From Lingula anatina (Eukaryota > Animalia > Brachiopoda): a DNA stretch of 64,000 nucleotides. This document shows, piece by piece, positions 49,788 to 64,000 of this stretch. Each line of letters begins with the position of its first letter. Positions within the stretch are counted from its first letter, which is position 1. The translations under genes and the position numbers were made by a program. The notes below the pieces were generated by a model. It had not been told where the DNA came from, ran no database searches, and saw only the letters and a program-made list of their open reading frames with translations. The stretch is taken from contig CM120644.1 of assembly GCA_051362555.1 (NCBI GenBank), forward strand, positions 12,980,567 through 13,044,566, read 5' to 3'.

Positions 49788-52700
49788 CTCAGGTTTTGCG
49801 ACAACCTTGTCGACATCCACAGTAATTGTATACCATGTGTTATCTCCATCTTGCTTAAATTGGTAGCCCCGGATTTTCAAGATAACTGGGTCAAGGTCGG
49901 TAACTACACTATAGCTAATAAGTCCCCGGTCACTTTAATAGCACACGCTGTCTACATCAGACGCGCTAATGCGCACGTCCCCGACAGTGTTAATGATAGG
50001 GGGATTACGATGGACAGCGCATGTTGCTCACAGCAGTAGGCACTGCCGCCGAAGTTAAACCGGTAATTAAGTCTTTAACTTGACTAAACATGTTTCGCTT
50101 TGTAACTTGCGTCCTTCAGTCTTGCTGTTGCGGAAGCGCCGGCGGGACATATCTCCACCTTGCCGATATTTATCCCGACTCTCGACTTTAAAAGTATTAT
50201 TGGTTTTGATTTTATCAAAGTCTTATTATATCAGAAAACCTGCATATTTTCATACGTTAAGAGAATTATAGAAACTGTAGAAAAAGCTACTCGTACATCA
50301 GGGATAAAAAACAACACCTTGCAGCACTATTACCTATTATTCATCACCAGAAGTTACTGTTTCACTTTTTTCTCCCAAATTACAAAGTCTGATGACAACT
50401 GAAAGCCTTTAGCCATACCTCAGGGCAGTGGGAGATAGTCTGGGTTTGATTAAATGTAATAAAAGTATATTTTGAAGAATTTTCCTAGCCTTCGGCAATT
50501 TCCGCAAAGCTTCGGCATGCGCGGCAATACAGAGCTGTCGATATCTGTAAGCGTGAACAATAGAATTGGTGGAACAACGGTTAACGTCGTTGAGTCGTCT
50601 GCAACCTACCCGACGGGAGTTCGTGTCCCTGTCGGTACTTTTGAAGATTTTGAAATTGTCATTATTATAAATATCTATTAATATATAAAACAGTCGTGGC
50701 TAATTGTTTTTGCAACGGAAAGCACAGTAGGAAGGTTCGTTGTTATTGTTAAAGTTATTATTACTGGGGACATAAATTAGTATGCTAATCTCTTATCATG
50801 ATATAATGATTGATACGATGGGTATAAAATAGTTTTCCTTTGATATAAACAACAAAAGAGCGGCCTTCCAAATATCTTTGCTGAATGTTTATAACGTAGG
50901 TACTATTATGCGCAAAAATATTGATACATGACGCAAACGACATTTACTAATTTTGGTAATATCAATTTTAATTAAAATTAAATTTAATTGAAATTAAAAT
51001 TAAAATTTGTCTAAACGTGCATATTACCATTCACCTTGTTTAAAGGGTTCGCAACACTTTACATTCTAATACATTTTGCCAATTTTCATGTTTGCTAGTT
51101 TATTTTGATTTGAGAGAAAGCGAGAGAAGACCCTCTACTAGGGCCGCAAATTAATTATGAGTATTTTTCTTCAGTGCAAGAGACTGTGTAATGAAAAATC
51201 AATCTGTAACTCTGGTATAGGGTGGCCTTGTGTGTGTAATAATATACAAGTAGGGGCAGGGGTACAGTTTTATAGTACAAATAGTCATTTTATACATCTT
51301 ATTGATCTCATCGTCGGGTCATTGTTTACAATAGCGCTTTGTCGCTGTGCGTACCTTTTTTGCATTTGAGTTAGACTCCGTCAGTAACAGCTGGTGATTT
51401 TGTCTTTTTTGCGTTTCATTGACAATATTTTGGCCACCTAAGTAGGGAAATGTGGCTCTTTGTTTTGAAATGACATTTCCATTGTTCCTTTGAACATGCA
51501 AAAGTCAACACACTTACGTCAACATACTTACTTTGTAATACCAACCCAGGGGAAGAAACAAAAGCCTCATAAGGTGTCGTCATTCACACTGTAAAAGGTG
51601 TTAATTTCATGCTTCTATTGTTTGCCCATGAATCATTATGACAAATTTGAAGGGTTGCCAGATCACTGGCGCTTCATTCAATTCTCTATATCTGCCCTGC
51701 AGCCTGGGATGAGTGATACTTGACTGACCTTTGTTTACATCTGGAGATTTTCTTTATAATTCGATCAGTGTGCATAAATTATGATATTTTCCATCAGGAA
51801 AAATACGTGATAATGTTACGATTCTTATTTTACGGATACATAATTACAAAAATTAATTCCTGATTTAATACCCCCTATTTCAGCGCCTATTCCTGGCTGC
51901 GATAATTATGGGGGGTTGGAAAGTAATCCGTTAGAACGCAGGAGTGATGATTGCTACTCTTACCAACGGTGCATCACCGATCAACTAATCTCAGCCACCT
52001 GAAGCAGAATCACCAACAAAAGACAAATTGGACTACATCTGCATTCTTGTTGAGACATCTTATGTAAAAAAGGCGATAACGGTCAAAATATACGTGCTTC
52101 GTGGTTTATTAAATGTTCATCGTATTTTTTCGTTCGTTATTCTTATGAGTTAAGCAGCTTCACCTCCGTGACACCCTTTTTATTTATTTAAACCATTGTT
52201 AGATAAACCATGGGTTTCACTCCAGATTTCACGATCGAGCAGCTGATCATGAGGAGAGTGTAGCATGCTATAGTAAACTACCCCAAATATATATACAACA
52301 CCTCCAGGGTTTCACGATCGAGCAAGTGATCATGAGGAGAGAGTGTAGCAGAGAACTTCATTAATGGTCGTCATAATTGGTGGTTGCCTTGGGAAAATGA
52401 GTTACATGATTACATAATACAGATACATAATAACATAAGATTAATACTAAAATTTTCCCTGATACAAAAACCCCTATTTGAGCGCTTATTCCTGACTGCG
52501 TTAATTACGGGTGATTAGAAAGTAATCTATGAGGACGCAGGAGCGATGATCGCTACTCTTACCAACGGTAAATCACCGATTTACTTGACTCCGCTACTTC
52601 GAGCAAAATCACACACCACCAAAAGACAAATTAGACCACGTTCGTCCTCTTATTAAAACAAAGAATGTAAAAATGTGATGTCGGTCAAAGAAGAGGCCTA

Positions 52701-55080
52701 GACTACGTGCTTCATGGTTTATTAGATAGGCCTATTCATTGGATTTTTTTATTTCATTATTATAGCTTCACCTCGCGAGACCCTTTTTTATATATCTAAA
52801 ACACAGCACCCCACTGGTTTCGCGATCATGAAGAAAGGGAGTGTAGCAAAGAACCTCATTAATGGTCGTAATAATAGGTGGTTGCATTGTAGGCCTAACC
52901 TTGTTCATTTTAGTCGACAGACTAAGCTAGAAGAAAGAAAAGATCATTATCGCCTCTCTTTACTTAGGAACAATAAGGATGGCTAGTCGCAGCATTTATA
53001 AGTTCTTTTATTTAGAAACTTTCCAATCCTTTGTCTGGGACTGCGTCCGAGAAACGGCGATAACGACAGAGACGTCCTCGAACATTTTGGACTCAGTGCA
53101 AATAAAAAAAAATCCGTTAAGAAGTAGCCTTTAAATGTCCTGGCAAATAATTTTGCGATGGCTCAGAGAGTTCTAGAATGAATGACAAGCAACGACATTA
53201 GGGTTAATAATAGACTAAAAACTATCAGAGTGTAGGCCTGTCTTACTTCATTTCTAAGGCCATCTTGTGATACTAGTCATGCTACACTACAAAAGAGGGG
53301 GTAGCAGTGGATGATTTAATACAGGGATACCATCGATAGTATATCAATAGAAAATCGCAATCCTCAAATGTTTTTTAATTCATTAAATATAAACGGTCTT
53401 TTCTCGTACAATGGGTCTGGTATAGTTGTATTGGCCTATCAGTTGGAAACACGTGGTTCGTCTACAATTGCAAATGGCGGAGGTGCCGTGGTAGTCATTG
53501 TCGTAAAATTAGCTGGATACGGTGCACGTGAGAAAATTATTCATTAAATTTAGTTTTCGAGCGTCAGCTTAATCTGGTAAAATGCGAGACGAAAAAAATG
53601 ATAGATAGAGCCTTATGACCCACTGTAGAATGATGCCGAATAATACATCAACGACGTAGTTTATCGGCAGATAAACATGTTTCCATTCTCGGCTGACTGA
53701 GGAAAGGTTTGAGAGAGCATTTAAAGAAGAGGCGGTCGAACCAATAGTGAGTAGGAAGTGTGCTGCAATCAAGACGAACAATACCGATCATAAGTGGACA
53801 GCTAATAACCCCTAATTAACCCCGGGTTACGCGCTGCTGTGTTGACTCCTTGCTGGGAAGGGGTAGCGGCCTCCTACTGCTGTGCGTAATCAAACATTGT
53901 CTTCTTACATGCGGCTACACGACGGTTGCATTGTGTTAATAAAGTAATACCTATTCATAAGGAAGGGGGCGGATGGTAATCTTACGAGAATTAAATCAGT
54001 TATCAATCATACGCGTACCAATAGTCGTGTTTTTTTTTAGCTATACGGTACATACGATGGCACATCTGTAGGAAAATCTCTCTCCCGAGAAACTGCAGGA
54101 AAATTGCTCTGCCAAGTAAATTTCGCTGAAAAAGGAGGATGCATACATTGACATTTGTCTCAGCCTTGGACACATTTGATATAAAATGTATGTGAAGAGA
54201 AATACCCTAATCAAGTTAAGCGATATCAAAAAGACTACAAACATAGGTAAAGGAAAAAAACTTTTTATATCAATGCATATACAGGTACATCAAGCCTTAA
54301 AATGATGTACACACTTTAAGAGTTATCTCACTGTTTTTACTTCTTGAAAATAGGCAGGGACATAAAAAGCATTCCATAAACAATAATTTGACAGCGTCCA
54401 ATGTTCCGGCCATATTAACAACGTACTCGTCTTTGTCCGGGTCCACTTTCACGTTGGTCACCTGTAGGAACCCATCTCCTTTATTGGACATAACTGACCA
54501 CAATGACACAATGTCGCCGTCTCTAGGCTGAAAGAAGACAGTTTATTCCGTATTGTATGATATCGTGTTGTATTACATTACATTACATTACATTTCATTA
54601 CATTACATTACAAGGAAACGACGGTATCAATACAATTAGACCCCGCTTAAGGTACCGGTAGCAAAAAAGGACCGACCTCGAACCTGTTATGCAGACAAAT
54701 CTACAAATGCTACAACACAAATCGTAGAAATACATAATAAAGTAAACGATTATGAACCATTATATATCTTTAGAATAAAAAGTTAAAATGTTAATGCAAT
54801 ACTGATTAACTGATATATGTGCATGAAATACACATAGGTGGATACAAACAATTGTGAAAAATAATGAAACGGGTGTCAGACAGACACAGAGACAGACAAA
54901 CAGATAGGGTCTACGCGTGCGCAGACGCACCTGATTGGACGGTACTGACTTCCAATTTTCATGGACCACAACTTGCACTGCACAATCGGACAAAGGCACC
55001 ATGTCGATCTTGAAATCCTCGGTGTCACAATGTGGTGGGCGTGGCAGAACTCGATCTTCGGCGCTTTCGCTCTCCGGTGG
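49788..55080 (-). pseudogene. Second copy of the beta-trefoil-like gene, disrupted
   Basis: Exon 55080-54931 is intact. Exon 54527 to about 54391 has lost its donor by a small deletion. Exon 4 (54125-54049 plus 49906-49788) is split by a 4.1-kb insertion. Exon 1 is not seen in the window. Confidence 0.8.
49907..54048. mobile_element. 4.1-kb insertion with TA duplication and short TIRs (non-autonomous Tc1/mariner-pogo-like)
   Basis: Ends CACTATAGCTAA / TTAGCTATACGG; the empty site is in copy 1 at 37133. Contains an imperfect duplication of about 600 bp (51850-52890) and no transposase ORF. Confidence 0.75.
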
Positions 55081-56067
55081 CTAAAAGGCCAATTTCATAC
55101 TATAAATGAATCCGGGTGCTTTTACGAAGTTCGTTTTTTCACATTAGCCTACAGTTTACATTTGTCTCTACACCCCCATGATGCAAATTGTTTAGGCCTA
55201 CAGGTAAATCACAGTCTAGGTTTTCTGACGTCGTGTGCAAACAGATGTAAACTTCCCACTTGTGAAGGATTGAAGTAGGGAAGATGTAGGGAAGATGTAG
55301 GGAAGATTTTTAATGTGCTTTTGTTAATAATAATAATGAAATAATTGTAGGCGCCTAGATCGTATCATAAATTTTATTGATCCCTTAGGGAGACAGATCA
55401 TCAGTATTAACTTGGAATTACGATGCACTGTTGCACCCTGCGTCATAGGCGTGCTTTCTCCCACAGTGAACAATATCTCCCTATTTGGTGAGCCAGATCG
55501 GGATGCACTACAATCAGGGTGTACATGGAGGTAAGCGCAACACCTATGCTACTAGTATATCTCGTGCGCACATTTGGGACGGAGAAAGCCAAGATAGACA
55601 CGAACACGGTGGGCATACAATTCAAAGTGTACTGTGTGAAAAAGAGACAAAATGTCAATATATTTGTTGTGGGTACGCAGACACGTGCTATGTTTCTGCG
55701 TGAACTGTCCAGTACGGTCTGAGTAGTGTTAGTATCATGTGACTGGTCACTAGAGTGGTGTTATCAAATAGAAAGTGATGAGGAAAAGCAGATTATAGAG
55801 TTGGGTCATTCGAAGACTCTTTCGCTTTCCGTGATACAAGCAGAGAATGTTCCCTCCTACCCACCCAATTTTGAAGGATTTTTACTTTATCAATTAAAAA
55901 AACTGTTATAAGTTTGTTTGTTTAAATAAATGTATTTTATGAATAAATACGTGATATACAAGTTGAGATTTGAAAGAAAAGAGAAATTAGCAAAAAATGT
56001 TCATTAGCTTGGTTGTTGGATATACATGAAAATTCTTAAACATAAGCCTAAAATTTTCCGTATCGTT

Positions 56068-58771
56068 TAGTCCGGTTGCTTAGGGCAAAAAAATGGCTAA
56101 ATCGTGACACAGCGGATAAAAGCACCAAATTTTGCATGTGGGTACCTTTTGACATACTAAATCAAATTAGAGCCGTAGCCCACGGAAAAAATTTACCGTT
56201 TGGCCAAAAAATCCAAAATGGCCGCCAATTTGTGAAATTTTGTAGAAATATATACATATCTATGTTGATTTTTAATCAAATTAAGTATTTTCTCAATGTT
56301 TTCCACATCCTTATTACCCATATTATGCATATTTGTCAGATAACAAACTAGTGTCCTTGGACTTATTGAAAAATCCAAGATGGCCGCCGTATGGCATAGG
56401 AATACTAGAACATGTACAAGGGTTTTCAACTAACTAATGCCAACTAGGAAGATGCATTGCCCACTATCTAATTAATTTGGTTTCTTATTACACAAATAAT
56501 AAATTTGTGGTGAGTAACTAACCTCTATTCACAGGCAATTCGAGAAAAATCCAAGATGGCCCCCATATCAAAGGAATACTAGTATACTGTACACATAGGG
56601 CTTCTTCTGCCATGGAGATATAATATTAATTGATAAATTAGGTTTGTTTCTGAGTATTTTCCACATCTTTTTAATTCACATAATACATATGTGATGAGAA
56701 TGTTATGTGTATCCTTTTTGAAAACAAAACAAAACAGAATGGCTGCCATTAGCCATAGAAGGTGGAGTTCAGTTAATACCTGCGAGAGATAGGCTTACAA
56801 TTAAATGAAGCTTAATTCAGTTGTTATTCTGTTTTTTTTTTTTTGTATTATTATCCCATGATACATATCTGTGTGGTAATTAATGTCCATATTTTATCAT
56901 TTTGGGGAAATTCAAGATGGCCGTCTTTTCCCCATAGGAAAACTGGTGCATTAGATTTTATAGGCACTTCTAATATAAGGCAAATGAGGGTAATCATGAT
57001 TTTTTTCAAAATACTTAAGGGTATACACTTGTTACCTACCAGATAGATATCTAAAAGTCCAAAAAGAATGTGGGAAATACCGAGAAACAAAATTCATTTT
57101 ATATTGAACCCAGTGTTTCTCTGGCAGTAGTTGCATGTCTGTACTATTCCTATTGTGAATTGCAGCAATCTTGAATTTTCTCAAATACGCAAGATGCACA
57201 CTTGCTACACACCAGATTTATAAAGAGTAAGGTTAATAAGGATGTCAACGTGTTTAAACATCAAATGGCTTTATTTCATGTTGGAATCAATGTCTGAACT
57301 GTTCTATTAATTGACACCTATGTGCATTTGAATGATATATTCCTATGACAACTGGCAGCTATCTTGGGTTTTCTCCGAATAATACTCAAGGATACATACA
57401 CTTTCAAAACACACAGAGTCTTTCATAAGGATAAATAGGATATGAAAAACATTTTAAAAACGACCCAAAGTTAACTACATTTAAATCGTACTCAGTGTAT
57501 CTCTAGCATTATTTGATTATGTGTTCGAATATTCTAATGACAAAAGGCAGACATCTTGAATTTTTTCAGAATACCCAAAGATACACACATGCTACAGACC
57601 AGGTATACATCATAGGGGTAATAATAAATGGAATGAAAAACATAAATTATTTTTAAAACAAACCCATGGAAATATAATTGTATAATGAACCATATGCCTC
57701 TCTAGCAGCAATTGAAACCTACCTATTAGTATTCCTATGTTAAATTGTAGGTATCTTTTTCTCAGAATATCCAAGGATGCACACTATTTACCCACCAGAT
57801 ATATATCATAGGACTAATAAGGATGCGATGGGCAAAACTTGATAAGCAAACACAAATTCACCCTGGTAGTAGATGAAAAGCCATGGATGTGCAGTTGTAA
57901 TTCCAGTAGTATTCCTATGGCCAGTGACGACCATCTTGGGTTTTCTCAAAATGATCAAATATACACATTTATTACCTGCTAGATATGTATCACAGTGTAA
58001 TAATAATGTGTAAAACACTAAAAAATAAACTGAATTTGATAGTGAATTAGCTGGCATTAGTTCCAACCCTTTGTAATACCAGAAGTATTCCTATTACGTA
58101 TGACGGCCATCTTGGATTTTCTCAAAATGGCCAAGAATACTGTTAGTTACTCACCACATACATATTGTGTGGGTAGAGAGGATGTGGAAAACACTCAGAA
58201 ACCAGCTTAATTTGATAGTGAAAAATTAATCTTTCCAGTTGCCATTAGTTGAATCCCCCGTATACTAGAATTCCTGTGGCACATGGCAGCCATCTTGGAT
58301 TTTCCAAAATGCCCAAGAACACTTCGTAGTTACTCACCACAAACATATTATGTGGGTAACAAAGATCTGAGAAACAGACTTAATTTGATAGTGGACAACG
58401 TATCGTTCTAGCTGGAAATAGTTGTGCACTAGTATTCCTATGGCTGTTTCTATGGCAAATGACAGCCATCTTGGATTTTTTCAAAAAGTCCAAGGGAACT
58501 TGTTTGTTATCTGACATATATGAATAAAATGGGTAATAAGGGTGTGGAAAACTCTGAGAAAATAATTTATTTGATAAAAATCAACATAGGTATGTACATA
58601 TTTCTAAAGAATTCAATAAATTGGAGGCCATTTTGGATTTTTTGGCCAAACGGTAAATTTTTTCCGTGGGCTACGGCTCTTATTTGATTTAGAATGTCAA
58701 AAGGTACCCACATGCAAAATTTGGTGCTTTTATCCGCCGTGTCACGATTTTTTCCTTAAGCCACCGGACTA
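56068..58771. mobile_element. Academ-like non-autonomous transposon
   Basis: TAG...CTA termini, GTT 3-bp target duplication, TIRs of about 330 bp, and internal units of about 180-190 bp carrying AAAATCCAAGATGGC in both orientations. Confidence 0.85.
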
Positions 58772-59030
58772 GTTAGCTCACGGCCAACCTGGTCGAAGGC
58801 CTTCATCAGACTAACGTGAGTAGTTGTTCACACTCACTGACAGCTAGGTGATATAGCGGCCAGGACCCTCTTATAAATGTCGGGTAGATTAACCCCCGTC
58901 CCTATTCATAGATCAAGGCAGCAAAGCTGTCAAATGTACAGACAAAAACAGGAAATAACAAAATAGTCTACTGTCAATTCTGATGCAAAAGTAAATTATG
59001 TTAAACTGCAAAATTGTAAGTAAAATGTGT

Positions 59031-61487
59031 AACAAGCATAAGGCCTCAGGCCCATGGGAGTTCAAGTTCACACTTTGAAAATGTATAACTTCCAGAAAAA
59101 GAAGCCAATTAGACTGCTTTTCCAATTCCGGCTGCATTTTAGTCCTGTGTTTCTTTTTTGAAAGTTTGGCAATCATAAGTAACATGGTTTTCCCATAATG
59201 GTCATCATGGTAGCAGCACCCAAAATTATGTTTTCTTCTATCCTGATGCAATATTACATAATGGTTAACAGCATAATGACCATCAACTTTTAATAATAAA
59301 ATATTAGATCATGGATATTCAGATAATGCATGGCCAGAAATGCGCAGCATTCACGCATTACGCGAGGGCGCTACAGTAGGGCTTCACTTGACTCAACTAG
59401 CCAATCACAGCACAACAATGTCATCGCACACAGTCTCTGTGATAAGTGCTCAGCCCATTGTCAAGTAGTGTTAGTTCATGGTAACAAGCGTCTGACATGT
59501 GCAGAGGAGTTTATTTTAATATACATTGCTCTTATTGTTACATTATTAAATCTAACTCTGTATCCAAGTAGTAACTATACTGTACCAAGTCAGGTACTGA
59601 TGACGTGGAGAGGTCATATATTCCAGAATAAGCCATTACCACTAATTTATAACTTTAATTTTGTTTAATATGTTATTCATGAAAGAGTTAATGAAAGATT
59701 ATTTTAATTTGTAAAATCGTGATCTTATTCTTTTTATATTCAAATAATTGAAAAATGTGGGTAAAATTGGTCTTCCACTTCTTATTTGCATTTTTCCTTT
59801 ACCACAAGATTATTTTACAACAGTTGCGGCATTAAAATGTAAAATAAATAGCAATCTGAAAGAAGAATTTTGCATTATAATTAAATGATGATAGGAATTT
59901 TGGATTAAGAGATTAGTTAAATACTGATTAGTGATATTGTCAGTCAATTTATGTAGAATCTGATAATATAATTGAAAATACTGCTTGAATTCTTGGCCTT
60001 GCACTGGGCAATTTCACATTTGTGCCAAGTGCTTTTTTGGACTCCTTTGTACAGTGGTAAAAGTTCTTCAATTGCCATGAAAGTTTTTAATCAGACTCTG
60101 TATGGTGCTGCTATCTGCTGGTGCTATCGACAACGAATTAGTTTGCCTTTGTTTCTGAGTGAATCTACCGTCTAAAATCACTATTTCTGAAAATATGTGC
60201 GTTTTGCTGAGGGTAGGCTAGGGAATACACGGCAAACTTCTTAGTACGTGTGTACAACAGAATTAAAAAAAAAAAAACCCTAGCGATATTTGGTCAGGAG
60301 TTGCTTGAAGCATAGCACATCGTTCCTGTCTATCGGCATCAGGCCGTTAGTTTGTCAATTATCACGAATTACCCACGAATCGCGAACCCATTCATTTTCC
60401 TATGGCAATCTAGCAACTCATTAAAAGTGCACGCATGCGCAGTGGGCTAAGTGTGACGTCATGCAGGGCATTTCTGGGGATGGTGACTAGCAAAGGTCTT
60501 CAGGCCCATGGAACTTCAAAGTCACAACTCGAAAATGCCAAAATGTAGACAGGACAGCACTGTTCTGAAATGTTTTTTATTTTCCATTTTTAACAATTTT
60601 TAACATAAAACAAAAATTAACAGTTTACTGCCATTTTTATATGATCAACTAAGAAGATTGATGAGATGGGAAAAATTTCAATAGAGCAGTATTAAATGGC
60701 CAATTTCTTTCATTCTGAGATTCTGAACATAGTGAATGATTGAATCTAACAAACTGCAATGATATGAGTTTATTTCCAATTTTAACACTTTATTACACAA
60801 TACACGATAACAAGTTTACCATCATTTTTACAAAATCAACTAGCAATGTTGTAAAGATGCAGGAAAAGTCAAACAAACACTTTTATGTATCTTATTAGTT
60901 AAATAATAAGACTGTTAACATGCTTAAGAATTGAATTTGAGGAAATGTGAAAAAACAGCATAACTTCTAAAACAATGACCCGATTATGCTAATTTTCAAA
61001 CTCAATCTGCATTTTAGTAAGATTGAGCACTCCTGTGAGTTAAATTACAATTGGCCAATCTGTTTTTCTTATATTGTGTTTACAGTGTTGCAAATAAAAA
61101 AAATCAGCATAAATACTAAAATAGTGGCCCGATCATGCCAATTTTCGAACTTAACCTGCGTTTGAGTAAGATTGATTACTACTGTGAGTTTTATGACAAC
61201 AGGCTTAAGGGTTTTCCTTGAAATATATTTACAGTGTTGCATATATGCTTAAAAAGTGAAAAAAAAAACGCATAATTTATACAATAATGGCCCGATCATG
61301 CTGATTTTCGAACTTGACCTGCGTTTTATTAATATTCATCAGCTCTGTAAATATAAAGCCAAAAAGTAAAACTGCCCTCCACTTATCGTGTTTACAAGGA
61401 AAGTGCACGGCACCGACGGCGACGACGACGGCGACGACAGACGCAGGTGATGGCAATATGCACAGACACATCAGTGTCTGTACATAA
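59031..61487 (+). mobile_element. Helentron/DINE-like composite repeat
   Basis: Two related heads (AACAAGCATAAGGCCTCAGGCCCATGG at 59031; ACTAGCAAAGGTCTTCAGGCCCATGG at 60486), internal units, (GAC)n, and a 3' hairpin CACAGACACATCAGTGTCTGT followed by an A-run. Confidence 0.5.
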
Positions 61488-63679
61488 AAAATTAGTTTTG
61501 GTCTTAGTTCAAGCTTTGGAGTGCTTTGTTTCATATTAAACTGTTTCAATTTTTCAGTTCGGATCCTGGTTCTAAAGGACAGCAGAAGATAAAGCAAGAT
61601 GGAATTTTCTTTAAAAAAAAAAATACTATACTCAAGAACTGATCAATATAATTACTATTTGATTATCTTTTTTAAAGACGATTTTCGTTTTATAGATATT
61701 AGATCTCGTTGTTTTGTTTAAAGTTTGTTCAGTTATAATAATAGTAATAGTAACAATAATAGCAAGAATATATGGTATTCAATTTTCACCAATGACTGTC
61801 TTTATTGTAATACGTTCAACCGAAAATAAAACACACGGAACGAAACGAGCGCTTCCGCCCCTAACACTGTGTCTGTGTTAATACTATAAATATTTTATGT
61901 TCGTTTGAGTGTAACGAATTAGAACATAAAATGTATTAGTATACTCGACGTAGTTCCGTCGCGGGAACTCAACCTGCTTGATCGTGTATCATACAAGGGA
62001 ATTATGTCGTCCCTGAACATACGAACGATTTCATATCTCACATAAATTTACCAGGTGCCAAGGCACCCACTTTGCACGCCGAAAAGACCGGTGTCACGAA
62101 ACTAATTAAGTCCGTGTAACAGAAAGTCCGCCCTCCACATAATTATAATGGTAAGGGGTGGAATGATCTAAGTAAGTCAGAATCTTAGATGAGGCAATTA
62201 CCTGTACAAATGAATAGGAAGAGAATTATCATGGGGGACTCTATGTCAAGTTACACTGGGACATTTTAAAGGCAACAGGTAAAATGCAAATAGTAAAAAT
62301 AAATAAAGGGTTTTTATAGACAGTGAATTCTAAATTAGGAAATATAAGAAATTGTACGGGATAAAATTATGGCTGTAGATCATTCTCCAACGCGAATACT
62401 TTACTTTCAAATTTTCATTGTAAAGCCTACCCTAAGCGTCTATGCGGAATGCTTTTTTTTCTTTTGTTTCACTTTTCTATTGATGTCATTTTATGTAAAA
62501 ACTTGGATCATGCCAATTTTCGAACTTAACCTGCGTTTGAGTAAGATTGATTACTACTGTGAGTTTTATGACAACAGGCTTAAGGGTTTTCCTTGAAATA
62601 TATTTACAGTGTTGCATATATGCTTAAAAAGTTTTAAAAAAAACGCATAATTAAACAATAATGGCCCGATCATGCTGATTTTCGAACTTGACCTGCGTTT
62701 TATTAATATTCATCAACTCTGTAAATATAAAGCCAAAAAGTAAAACTGCCCTCCACTTATCGTGTTTACAAGGAAAGTGCACGGCACCGACGGCGACGAC
62801 GACGGCGACGACAGACGCAGGTGATGGCAATATGTACAGACACATCTGTGTCTGTACATAAAAAATTAGTTTTGGTCTTAGTTCAAGCTTTTGAGTGTTT
62901 TGTTTCATATTAAACTGTTTCAATTTTTCAGTTCGGATCCTGGTTCTAAAGGACAGCAGAAGATAAAGCAAGATGGAGTTTTCTTAAAAAAAAAAATACT
63001 ATACTCAAGAACTGATCATTATAATTACTATTTGATTATCTTTTTTAAAGACGATTTTCGTTTTATAGATATTAGATTTCGTTGTTTTGTTCAAAGTGTG
63101 TTCAGATATAATAATAGTAATAGTAATAATAGTAGCAAGAATATATGGTATTCAATTTTCACCAAGACTGTCTTTATTGTAATACCATCAACCGGAAATA
63201 AAGCACACGGAACGAAACGATCTCTTCCGCCCTTAACACTGTGTCTGTGTTTATACTATAAATATTTTATGTTCGTTTGAGTGTAATGAATTAGAACATA
63301 AAATGTATTAGTATACTCGACGTAGTTCCGCCGCAGGAACTCAACCTGCTTGATCGTGTATCATACAAGGGAATTATGTCGTCCCTGAACATACGAACGA
63401 TTTCATATCTCACATAAATTTACCAGGTGCCAAGGCACCCACTTTGCACGCCGAAAAGACCGGTGTCACGAAACTAACTAATTAATTAAGACAGTGAATT
63501 CTAAATTAGGAAATATAAGAAATTGTACGGGATAAAATTATGGCTGTAGATCATTCTCCAACGCGTATACTTTACTTTCAAATTTTCATTGTAAAGCCTA
63601 CCCTAAGCGTCTATGCGGAATGCTTTTTTTTTCTTTTGTTTCACTTTTCTATTGATGTCATTTTATGTAAAAACTTGGA
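61131..63679. repeat. Tandem duplication, period about 1374 bp; second unit has a deletion of about 170 bp near 63485
   Basis: GATCATGCCAATTTTCGAACTTAACC at 61131 and 62507; duplicated ORFs at 61277 and 62651. Confidence 0.93.
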
Positions 63680-64000
63680 CTTCAAAATCGTCTTTGTGGC
63701 GTGGTCAAACTTAATCGAATGAAATGTGGTGGCATTGGTTTTCTAAATCCTTGGGACAATGATAACAACCAAGTACGGCTCTCAGAAATAGTTTATGACA
63801 ACAATAGGATATGCCTTTCCGAAAGGCATGTGGATTAAAGGAAGATGTCCATCCATTTAAACACAAGTCCTGGGTGTGAATTATGGATAATTAACAAAGA
63901 AGAATATTCGGCTTCGCCTGCAATTAACACGCATATCCTAGTCACATGAATGACGCATTTCTAGAAAGTGAAAGATATTAGTAGGAAGGGCATAAATAAA

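Larger units (their letters stand above)
42650..62440. repeat. Segmental duplicate of about 35684-39625, split by large insertions
   Basis: Collinear blocks 42650-43305, 49155-49906, 54049-55664 and 61930-62440 match 35684-36312, 36322-37134, 37133-39130 and 39130-39625. Confidence 0.9.

Noticed and set aside
56400-58480. CRISPR-like repeat array
   Set aside because: Degenerate long units inside a TIR element, with no unique spacers or cas genes, in a eukaryotic context.
61277-61597. Duplicated 106-aa hydrophobic ORF
   Set aside because: Antisense to the (GAC)n tract of a repeat; duplicated only by the tandem repeat.

Overview
AT-rich, intron-containing animal genomic DNA, probably from a marine invertebrate (species not determinable from sequence). 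The first half holds a minus-strand three-gene module that occurs twice: [proteinase K-subfamily S8A protease] > [tiny secreted cysteine-rich prepropeptide] > [Golgi galactose-3-O-sulfotransferase-like gene]. The sulfotransferase is further amplified in a near-identical 3.99-kb tandem repeat. The prepropeptides are invisible in the ORF track until spliced. Each has a signal peptide, a pro-region ending in KRVRR and a CC-X8-CC mature peptide (NCCHRPPYSTWCCHAG; NCCHSPPFLPSCCHVLGYGIVHPVA) with a variable loop, which is a toxin- or defence-peptide-like design. A second intact S8A protease lies head-to-head with the first. Next come two copies of a spliced gene with FGF/IL-1-type beta-trefoil features: copy 1 starts with an N-myristoylation motif and has no identifiable last exon, and copy 2 is disrupted by nested transposons. 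The rest is LINE and Tc1 fossils, MITEs, microsatellites and local duplications. All gene models were spliced by eye, and all functions are inferences.
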